NCBI RefSeq assembly: GCF_004010195.1
Contig: NC_057719.1
Span: 64,519,296-64,539,040 of the forward strand
Direction: 5' to 3'
Origin: Chiloscyllium plagiosum
Lineage: Eukaryota
Length of the DNA: 19,745 bases
How positions within the stretch are numbered: position 1 is the stretch's first letter; each line of letters begins with the position of its first letter. Positions 10,317 to 19,472 of this stretch are shown here, one piece after another. The notes below the pieces were generated by a model, which had not been told where the DNA came from, did no database searches, and saw only the letters and a program-made list of their open reading frames with translations. A program made the position numbers and the translations under genes.

Positions 10317-11339
10317 TGACTGACTTTCTGAATTATTTTGATATTTTGTGTCCTGAACACATCACAATTTTTTTCTAAACTTCTTCATGCACTGGAATAT
10401 CTCCCACTCTTCCCTTCAATGGTGTAAAACATCATAAAATACACAGGTTTTCAAATTTCTGGGCACCAATCCACAAGAACAATTGTTTCTTAATTGTGTG
10501 CCAAATTAGAATCAAGATGCAGTTCAAGCATTTCTTTTTGCTTTTTCTGTTTCCATGGCTGTAGGATAAATGATGCTGGTAGTATCTGCTTTAATATGAT
10601 TGTGAGATTCTTTCCGTTGTCCAGATTTAGTAGGAACAACCCGTGCTTTATAAAAAGCTACATCTAAGGTGCTTTTACTTTATGTGATAAATCTATAGCA
10701 CTGTCTGACTCCATTTATTATCCAAGCAACATGTTGATGATAGTATTCAAGATTGATGTACCTTGAATTTTTTTCTTCTAAATTTAGTTTAATTTCAAAT
10801 GTAAAGTGATGATCAATATAAAATTAATTTGCTCAGTAAGAATGATAAAGCTATGGTGCTTAAGTGTTTATTATTAGCAAGAGTTTTTTTTAACATCTCC
10901 CCAGCTAATCCAATGCACCTTTGTTTTATGTTACAGGTTATATGACATCGCTGTGAGCAAACGCAGAAGTTAGGCATTATTTTACCATTCTTTAATTGCT
11001 CAGCAATGGCTGTTTGGCGAAGTATTGACTTTTCTGGCACAATGTTCACAATCTGTCTGTATCATATTCATTAAGTAGCTAAATCTGGTGTTGATTAACA
11101 GATTGGATCATTTGAAGTATTTGTTTATAGCGTAAAAATGCAGACAACCTGCAATGTTAGTTTGTAAACACGCAAAGAAGGCAAACTGAATAACGTGAGT
11201 TACATCAACTCTGTCCCACTGGTGATAATTTGGAACCAATACCACATCTAGTCGTTGAGGTGAATAGCTTGGTTGCAGGGAAGCAACTAAGTTAAAGGGG
11301 AGGAAGATAAACACTTGAAGAATAAAGGACTAGAAGGAT

Positions 11340-11440
11340 ACCTTGATAGGTTTTTATGAAAATGGGTGGGAGGAGGTTTGAATGGAGCAAAAATGCTGCT
11401 TTATGCTGATTTGGCTGAATAGTTTGTTTCTGAGTTGTAA
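11340..11440 (+). mobile_element. Old CR1 3'UTR remnant
   Basis: gggtgggaggagg...tggagcaaaaat...ttggctgaatagtttgtttctgagttgtaa resembles a CR1 terminal motif. Confidence 0.45.
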
Positions 11441-12115
11441 ATTTGAGCTAATTCTATATCTACAAGTCCTGCTCCTTCATCGTCTTCAATCAAATCTCTT
11501 CAAGGTCTATGCTTTAGCAAAAGGTCCCAACTGTATGAACATATCGAAAAGGAACTTGGAGATGTGTTCTTACCTTTGACTTTTTTCTAGACAGTGTTGA
11601 ACTTTTGCAATCCTGAAGCTGTACACATCCCAGCAAATGGCTATTATTTCATCAAACTGCTGAGTTGAGACCCATAGTTGCTGGAAACATGTCAGAAGAC
11701 AGGTCATCTCTGTAGCATACCCTGCTTTTGAGTAGCTTTAGTATCCATGCTAATGATGTGACTGGTGAAGTCACACTTTTCATTTGTATTTTCCAAAGGT
11801 TTTTTTTAGGTATGGACTCAATGATAATGATGCCACTGAATGTTAAGTGGGAGGCGGAAGGTTAGAATCTCTCATTGGCACTATTGCTTGGCAATTATGA
11901 GGCATGCATTCTACTTGTCACTTACCAATTAAAGGTTGGATATACGCCAAGCCTTGAAACAAGCAGGCATGAGCTACTTTGATATCTAGGATATGCGAAT
12001 GGGAACTGAACACTGTGAAATCATCAGTGAACATCCTCATTCTGACCCTATGCCAGAGTCACTGGTGAAGCAATTGAAGATGATTAAGCCTAGGACACTG
12101 TTCTGAGCATTTCCT

Positions 12116-12247
12116 AGGTGAAAGTGGGGACTGCAGATGCTAGAGATCAGAGCCCAGATTAGAGTGGTGCGGGACAAGCACAGCAGGTCAGACAGCATCT
12201 GAGGAGCAGGAAAATCGACATTTTGCGCAAAAGCCCTTCATCAGGAA
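12116..12247 (-). mobile_element. Mini PLE insertion: degenerate hammerhead plus 3' tail, flanked by ATTTCCT duplication
   Basis: Homologous to 12692-12820. atttcct at 12109-12115 and 12247-12253. Core GAAACGUC mutated to AAAAUGUC. Confidence 0.85.
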
Positions 12248-12691
12248 TTTCCTGTCAAAGTGTCCAGGAGCTGAAGTGTTTGACCTCAGTCACAAATTTC
12301 TTTTATTGCGCCAGGTATGGCTCCCAAGCACTGTAAGAAATTTCATCCTTATCGCTGTTGAACTGTTTTATTTGGGGACCTTGGTTTCACATTTGGAATT
12401 CACCTAGTGTCCCTGTTGAGATCAAAATTGCAATGAGATCTAGCACCTAATGGTTCCGACAGAACCCAAGTGAGCGTTGGTGAGCTGATTATAGGTTATT
12501 GCGGCAAGTGTACTTTCTATGATTCCTTTAATCACTTTGCTGATAACCAAGAGTAGACACGTCTGGCAAGTGATTGACCGGACTGGATTTCTCCTGGGTT
12601 GAATGGGTAAAACATTTCAGTTCTTGTCGTTTTTTTTATCATTCTTAAATGGGCAAAATTTCTTTGGACAATCTTCAGCATCAATGGGTAG

Positions 12692-13350
12692 GTAAAAACA
12701 ATGACTGCAGATGCTGGAAACCAGATCCTGGATTAGTGGTGCTGGAAGAGCACAGCAGTTCAGGCAGCATCCGAGGAGCAGTAAAATCGACGTTTCGGGC
12801 AAAAGCCCTTCATCAGGAATACAGGCAGAGAGCCTGAAGGGTGGAGAGATAAGTGAGAGGAGGGTGGGGGTGGGGAGAAAGTAGCATAGAGTACAATAGG
12901 TGAGTGGGGGAGGGGATGAAGGTGATAGGTCAGGGAGGAGAGGGTGGAGTGGATAGGTGGAAAAGAAGATAGGCAGGTAGGACAAGTCATGGGGACAGTG
13001 CTGAGCTGGAAGTTTGGAACTGGGATGAGGTGGGGGAAGGGGAAATGAGGAAACTGTTGAAGTCCACATTGATGGCCTGGGGTTGAAGTGTTCCGAGGCG
13101 GAAGATGAGGCGTTCTTCCTCCAGTTGTCTGGTGGTGAGGGAGCGGCGGTGAAGGAGGCCCAGGACCTCCATGTCCTCGGCAGAGTGGGTCCTTTGCAAT
13201 TCTGAGTGTGGCCCTCAGCTGAGGCAGGGCTGACTGTAGAGAGGTTAGGTGCCGGTGCATTGCTGCAAGCGTGGAGCGGAGGATCTTGAAGGAGAACCGT
13301 TGCTGGTGTTTGTGAATGCTGTGCTCTTCCAGCACCACTAATCCAGGATC
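12692..13350 (-). mobile_element. Internally deleted PLE with complete 3' pLTR and tail, 34-bp inverted 5' end and 12-bp TSD
   Basis: C-terminal GIY-YIG-region peptide HSAEDMEVLGLL...RQLEEERLIFRLGTLQPQAINVDF (12987-13190) is fused to KHQQRFSFKILRSTLAAMHRHL. Perfect inverted repeat 12724-12757 / 13317-13350. ATCAATGGGTAG at 12680-12691 and 13348-13359. Confidence 0.92.
12782..12822 (-). ncRNA. Minimal type I hammerhead ribozyme motif, best-preserved copy
   Basis: Minus strand: GUAUUC CUGAUGA A GGGC-UUUU-GCCC GAAA CG UC GAUUUUA. Core at 12810-12816 and 12793-12796. Predicted cleavage between 12789 and 12788. Confidence 0.85.
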
Positions 13351-13819
13351 AATGGGTAGATGCCGGTGTTGTATTCCAACAGTTTTGCTGGAGGCGTGGC
13401 CAATTTTAAAACCTTGATCTACAGCTTTCAGCTAGAATACAGCACAAAACCCATAAATATTGCTGATTCTTACTTTCAGGCGGAGTGAATCTCTGCAAAC
13501 AGTACAAATATGTTCTCCAGAAAGTATCAGAAATATTAAATTTCCACACATATCTGTTTAATGATTGGTGTTAGAGTTTGTTGTTCTCTAGATATTTATT
13601 CAAGGAGGATCCGTTGATTTAATGTCCACAACTGCATGTCTAAGTTAAGATAATGCAGGTAATAATGGGAAGGTCTCTCCATGACTGAACAGATTCTGAA
13701 ATTAAAAAAAACCCAGTAAATCTCGATGAATGTTCGAATACTTCTTTTCTTGGATAAAATAGTGCCTCTAGGGTTTGGAGTTTGAACAGCGTCCTTTTTT
13801 GACCTGATGAAGAATTATG

Positions 13820-14532
13820 ATGGACTTATATCGGCTGGCGTTGGCGAATAAAATTAGACGGAGACAATGCCTCTTTCAGAGAAAAAAAAGCCGTTGTTTT
13901 GCTACCAGGTTTTCTTAAATATTGCTCTGGAAGAAAAGAAAAAGTGCTTTTGAATAGAGTCACTGGAGAGGAGAAGCTGTTTTGCTGGCGCCGTGTTCCA
14001 GTAATGCAGTCAAATAAATCCGTGCTGTTCTGGGTGATGCAGGGGAGCCCATGCAGAAGCAGCGTGTGGAGATATTCACCGTGGGCGAAGGGAGAATTCG
14101 CAGTGAAAGACTAGAGGTGGGCAAACACCCAGAGTGAAAGGTGCAGCAGGACTGAAAGGAGAGGGATGGAATGGGTGAAATGAAAGTAGTTTCTCTCTCT
14201 CTCTCTTCTTTTCTGTCTCCCCTTTACACTGTCGTCACCAGGCAACCGATTTCTGACGAATTTTATTCCCGCCTGTGCAGTGGTCTTGTGGATGGTACAG
14301 TAACCAGCTTGGGGCGAACTGCAACTGGAACTGGGCAACTGCTGGACGCTGCTTTAGAATTGGTTCATCTCTCTTGGCGAGAATAGTAAAAGGGGGAGGG
14401 ATATTAGTTTTTTGTTGTGGGTGGGGAGAATCTCTGTTTTGGTGCCCCCCCCCCCCCCCTCCTCCTCCTCCTCTGCGAGATGTTTGGGTGGGGGTGAAGT
14501 TGACGATGTCACACACGGAAGCTGCAAGTACC
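13820..14532 (+). promoter_or_regulatory. Putative GPR176 promoter/5'UTR, CpG-enriched and free of recognisable transposons
   Basis: CpGs are visibly denser than in the flanks from about 13.8 to 15.2 kb, immediately upstream of the first coding exon. TSS cannot be determined from sequence. Confidence 0.55.
14445..14472. repeat. C15 homopolymer followed by (CCT)4
   Basis: Directly visible. Confidence 0.95.
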
Positions 14533-14725
14533 ATGGAGCCGAACGCGAGCTCCCCTGTGAGCTGGAGCTCAGACACCAGGGCAGCCGAGCTCAGTAACCT
14601 CAGTGACGGCAGCACCTCGGGAGGGAGCCAGCCCCCCGCCAGCCTGCGGCAGCACACCGAGGTGCAGAGCTACCGAGACTTCACAACCTGGGTGCAAATC
14701 CTCATCTTCATCGGCTCGGTCCTGG
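14533..14725 (+). CDS. GPR176: G protein-coupled receptor 176, first coding exon (extracellular N-terminus and start of TM1)
   Basis: accATGG Kozak context. MEPNASS...SNLSD...EVQSYRDFTTWVQILIFIGSVLG resembles mammalian GPR176 as I recall it (EAQLYRQFTTTVQVVIFIGSLLGN). N-glycosylation sequons NAS and NLS. Ends at phase-1 donor G|GTAAGT. An in-frame ATG at 14506 is an alternative start. Confidence 0.93.
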
Positions 14726-15304
14726 GTAAGTGGCCGCTGCCCCCTGCACACACGCTGACACAGCACTCAGCTCACACATGGAACCCAGGACTCGACTAGC
14801 CACACACTCCATCTGTTTAAATTTCATGCAACTCATTTGTCTTTTTTTTAATCCTCCCTCACCCCATAAAATGTGCAATGTGTGGATTTGATGGATGGTG
14901 ATAGGAGGTCGACGTTATGGAGAAACGCACACCTCAGTTGGGAATGTTGAATCTCTGGGAGTTGCCTGTGTACGCTTGTCGCCGGTTGAAATGGGATGAA
15001 CAAAACTGGTGATGCATGCAGATCCTGCTGGTGCCCCGTGTCTGCGCGCTTTCGGGTGCATTTTGTTATTGTACAGACTGTTAGCTGCACAGAAAGTGTC
15101 GGCTGTCGGGTACTGCAGTTCAGTCCAGCAGATCCACCCCACTTCCAACTAACCTCTTGTCAAGGTGTTAATTCCAGCATCAAAAGGCGCAGGACAATCC
15201 CCTGCCCGCTTGACCCTCCTCCTGCCCACCACCACACACCTCCATTGGTAGTCAGCAGGCCTCTCCTGTAGAAAGGCACAGCTACTGCTGGAAAATACAA
15301 GTTA

Positions 15305-15410
15305 CTTAGGAATTAGGAACAAGAATAGGCCACTCAGGCTCCCTCGAGTCTGCTGTCCCATTCAATAATACCAAGGCTGATTTATTGCTCCACGTTTACC
15401 CTTACCCTGT
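15305..15410 (-). mobile_element. Old CR1-type 3' end remnant
   Basis: ttaggaattaggaacaagaataggccactcagg..ccctcgagtctgct...ccattcaataa...ggctgat is the typical reverse orientation of a CR1 tail. Confidence 0.6.
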
Positions 15411-15548
15411 TCTATTCACCACTCCTGTCCCCCCGCTTTAATGTTAGTTAAAACTTGCATTTATATAGTGTCTTTCAAATAATTTTATATAAACGCAATA
15501 AATTCATTTACAGTGTGGTCACTTGGAAAAAAAACAACCTTTTTTGTA

Positions 15549-15735
15549 CAAAAACAGAAATTCATGGAAAAGCTCAGCAGATCTGGCAGCATATGTGGAG
15601 CGAAATCAGAATTAACGGTTGGGGTCACTTAAAATGTTAACTCTGATTTCTCTCCGCAGATGCTGCCAGACCTGCTGAGCTTTTCCAACAATTTATGTTT
15701 TGGTTACAGCATCTGCAGTTCTTCTGATTTTTATT
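15549..15735 (+). mobile_element. Fold-back PLE derivative: ~67-bp inverted arms plus 3' tail, hammerhead core lost
   Basis: Arms at 15549-15616 and 15636-15702, about 8-9 differences. Shares gatgctgcc-gacctgctg-gc-ttttcca and the cagcatctgcagt tail with the other pLTRs. Confidence 0.8.
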
Positions 15736-15894
15736 ATTCTTTTGTACATGCACAGTACATTTTTCTTTGTTCCTAGAAAAACAAAGTGTGTGATACTTTA
15801 AAATTAACCCTCACATTAATTGCTCTGTTCAAGTATGAGCACAATCAGACAAGAATAGTAACAAAACAGGAGTATTCTATGCAGAAAGAAGAGT

Positions 15895-16300
15895 TTTCAT
15901 TTTAAAGATTCAGTTTATCACATCAGAACATCCTAAACATTTAACAGCCAATGAAATATGGTTTTAATTATGATGTTGAAACTTTAACAACCAATTTGTA
16001 CACAGCAATGAGCTAATGGACAGATAAGCTGTAAGATCTGGAAATTTTTTTTCCTTTCGGCTTTTTTTCTTTTATTTCTGCTGTTTTAAAAGCATTTATT
16101 GTTATTTTGTTGTTTTGTTTAATTGTCATTTTGTGACCAAGATAGCGCTGGTGAATGGCGACCTTTTACACTTTTCATTGTACTCCTGCTTTCCTATACT
16201 TGAGCACATGTGACAATAAATCTAATTCTCATTTTACTTCCAGTGATGTTGTTTGAAAGATAGATATCATGCATGCCATCAGGGATAACTCTCTCATAAA
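15895..16300 (-). mobile_element. Decayed DeuSINE-like element interrupted by an AT-rich LINE-like 3' end (~16035-16230)
   Basis: aacatcctaaacatttaacagccaatgaa...caaccaatttgtacacagcaa...cagataa | cagtgatgttg...cagggataactc. Insert ends catgtgacaataaatcta. Confidence 0.45.
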
Positions 16301-16704
16301 TCCATTGCCCAATTTTGACTGTCTACTTATAAGCAGTTCAGCTTTGTGCAGTGAAAAGTCAGTTTGAAAATCTGATTGATTGGGAATCATCAGCAAAGAC
16401 CCTCAAATTTGAGATAAGCCAGGAGATGAAATAATACCATGGTCTGGAGTTTCTCTTTTGATTCCTCCATTTTTGTTCCAGAGCACTTTTTGCCTGAAAA
16501 TGGCTAAACCAATCGAAAAGGTAGCCTATTGCCATGCTATTTGATGCTGAATTTAACACTTAGGCAAAACCTATGTTTTTACTGATGGGAATCTGCTAGA
16601 TATGCTGCAAAGCCCACTGAGCTACAGCTAAGTCTCTTTGTACAACTAGCCATCTCTGTACTTTGTTCATTAAACCATAATTTCAATTGGTGTTGTCCAT
16701 TGTT

Positions 16705-16782
16705 GAAGAAAGATTTGCATTTATAAAGTATCTTTCAAGACATCCCAAAGCTCTTCATTTTTTTTTGAAGTGTAGTCATTGA
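16705..16782 (-). mobile_element. DeuSINE-like 3' end
   Basis: aaagatttgcatttataaag...acatcccaaagc...ttttgaagtgtagtca is the reverse complement of the 8825-8850 motif. Confidence 0.5.
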
Positions 16783-17113
16783 AATGACATCCATTTACTC
16801 ATCCAGACATCTCACAATACATTCATGAACCATGTATATTTTACAGCAAGTTGGAACACTGCAAATTGAATTTCTGTGATCTTTCGCCTTGCACTTGGAG
16901 CTGGTACCTCTACAGAACTGACCATATTCTCAAATCTAATTCATCACTGTAACAAGATTCTGCTCCCAATGCCCATTTGTGGAACATCGAGTAGGATTTT
17001 ACAATCGAGCTCCTTTAGAGTGTAAATGCACTAATACACACACATTAATAAAAAAAGACCTCTGAATAAATTTTCTTAATTTACTCAGAAACTAATGTGT
17101 TGAATGTGACTTA

Positions 17114-17412
17114 TGGCACTGAGTATAACGGCAAGGAATCTATGTTAAATTTTTATAAAACACTGGCTTGATGTCAACAGGAATATTTGTCTATTTAGAC
17201 CTTAATGCCATACTTTACAAGAGGTTTGAAGATACTTGAGAGTGTGCGGAAAATGTTAATGAGAATCATTCCAGGGTGTGGAAATTCAGTTACATAAATA
17301 GATTGGAAAAATTGAGACTGCCTCCTTGACAAAGAGAAGTTTGAGACCAGATTTGATCAAGGCATTCAAAATCATGATGAGAGGCCTGGGCAGAGGGAAT
17401 TGGATAAACTGG
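17114..17412 (+). mobile_element. Older CR1 ORF2 C-terminal fragment
   Basis: GTEYNGKESMLNFYKTL...LESVRKMLMRIIPGCGNSVT / RRSLRPDLIKAFKIM; a diverged homolog of 17620-17900. Confidence 0.75.
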
Positions 17413-17451
17413 ATGTGACTCATTAATAAAGCAGCAACTAATTTGTCATCA

Positions 17452-18228
17452 TGGTGCTGCATTTTGGGAAAGCAAATCTTAGCAGGACTTATACACTTAA
17501 TGGTATGGTCCTAGGGTGCTGAACAAAGAGACCTTGGAGTGCAGGTTCATAGCTCCTTGAAAGTAGTCACAGGTAGATAGGGTAGTAAAGAAGGCGTTTG
17601 GTATGCTTTCCTTGATTGGCCAGAGTATTGAGTACAGGAGTTTGGAGGTCATGTTGCGGCTGTACAGGACTTTGGTTAGGCCACTTTTGGAATATTGTGG
17701 ACAATTCTGGTCTTCCTATCTGAAAGATATTGTGAAACTTGAAAGGGTTCAGAAAAGATTTACAAGGTTGTTGCCAGGGTTAGAGGATTTGAGCTATAGG
17801 GAAAGGTTGAATAGTCTAGGGGAGTTTTCCCTGGAGCATCGGAGGCTGAGGGGTGACCTTATAGAGGTTTATAAAATCATGAGGGACATGGATAGGATAA
17901 ATAGACAAAGTCTTTTCCCTCTGATGGGGGAGTCCAGAACTAAAGGGCATAGGTTTAGGGTGAGAGGGGAAAGATATAAAAGAGACCTAAGAAGCAACCT
18001 TTTCATGCAGGAGTGGTACGTGTATGGAATGAGCTGCCAGAGGAAGTGGTGGAGGCTAGTACAATTGCAATATTTAAGAGGCATTTGGATGGGTATATGA
18101 ATAGGAAGGGTTTAGAGGGATATGGGCCAGGTGCTGGCAGGTGGGACTAGATTGGGTTGGGATATCTGGACGGGTTGGACCGAAGGGTCTGTTTCCATGC
18201 TGTACATCTCTATGACTATGACTCTATG
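17452..18228 (+). mobile_element. 5'-truncated CR1 (HER1-type) LINE: ORF2 C-terminus, 3'UTR and terminal microsatellite
   Basis: VLHFGK...RDLGVQV...LRLYRTLVRPLLEYCGQFWS...LERVQKRFTRLLPGL...RRLRGDLIEVYKIM. Tail ggaccgaagggtctgtttcc...ctatgactatgactctatg. Confidence 0.93.
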
Positions 18229-19472
18229 TACTTCAAACTTGTACAGGTACAGATTTAATAAAGAAATATATATCTTTCGCGGAAAGTCTTTGTTTTAGCG
18301 TTTACGTTATAAAAATTAGGTGAAGCTATTGAAAGATATTGATTAACTGCTCACTTAGAAATAGGACAGTATGTCATTGAAAATGGGAGGCAATGGCACA
18401 ATACTGGAGTTGTTCCAATGGCATTGTTCACCAGGGTGTTACTGAGTGGATGGAATGTCTTCTGAGCCAGGCTGTCAGCCAATTTGAGAAGCAAATCATG
18501 GCCCTTTGATGCCCATAGTATTTATTTTTCCCTAATAACCATTTAGTTTTTGCCATGTTTGGATTTACTGGATTTTCCAGTTGAAGTGATTTCAAAGTTA
18601 AACTCCCATCTCTTTCTGTATGGCTGAGAGGAGGAACAAGAGTGAACCACAAATTCAGTCTTGATTACTACTGTGCTGACTGCTTTCTACCTGACAGCCA
18701 ACCCTTCCAGCCCTCAGAGATGAGAGCCTTTCTTCCACAATATTACTTTGTTGAGCCTGGAGAATGACCTCCTTCCAATGTTGCAGTATTAAAGCTGCTG
18801 GAGAGCCGGCTATCTCCTACCGCAGTCCACTGCTCAAAATGAACCAATTCTACAAGACATTGAGGCATCTGGTAACCACATTATGTTTGCTCAGGCATAG
18901 AAGGAAAATTAATCCTTCTAATTTACTCTGAGGCTTTCCTGAACATCCGCTGTAATCGGTGGAAGATTAAAAGAATCAATTTTTTTTTAAGTATATATAA
19001 ATAGAGTTGACTCTGATCTTGAACCAGAATTAAGGAGACACCTTATAAATTGTTTATTAGCCTTCCATTGATTTTAACCCAACTTGGAAGCCACCCAGAT
19101 TCTGTCCCTGATTCTGTTCCACAGGAGCAGTGGAAAAATTGGATAGTGTAAGAAGTGTTGATCTGGCTCCTCATCTGACCGTTATCCATTGTTGTGTATT
19201 TTCCCTGTGAAGATTGCACATTAATATAATTTACTTCTGATCAATTCTAACTCTTTATAAGGTGCCTGTTGATTTTTAGTGTTACTGCTATTCATACGTA
19301 TTCTTCGAATTGATGGATGTTAGATAGCTCTGGCATTTAAAACACTCTTCTGAAACAAGTGAGTCCTTCTTTGGTAAAGCTTCATAGAGACTAGTAGGTC
19401 CGTTTTCTTGATGGTTTTAAAATGTGTTCTTTGAGATTGTGTGACACTGTCAATCTCAATTTATCCTGAGGT

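Larger units (their letters stand above)
11808..13450 (-). mobile_element. Decayed CR1/L2-group LINE RT fragment hosting two PLE insertions
   Basis: Minus-strand remnants SVLGLIIFNCFTSD and MFTDDFTVF (FADD motif, ~12010-12035). Host sequence resumes after each PLE insertion (12254 and 13360). Confidence 0.7.

Noticed and set aside
13803..13830. CTGATGAAG resembling a hammerhead core
   Set aside because: No stem II or GAAAC-UH downstream and no pLTR context.
14316..14345. Clustered AACTG/CAACTG (E-box or MYB-like) motifs
   Set aside because: Short motifs expected by chance; no conservation data.
14235..14657. 140-aa minus-strand ORF with poly-Gly
   Set aside because: Antisense to the GC-rich exon and C tract; no recognisable domain.
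14726..14799. C-terminal part of the 174-aa ORF (KWPLPPAH...)
   Set aside because: Intron read-through past the GTAAGT donor.
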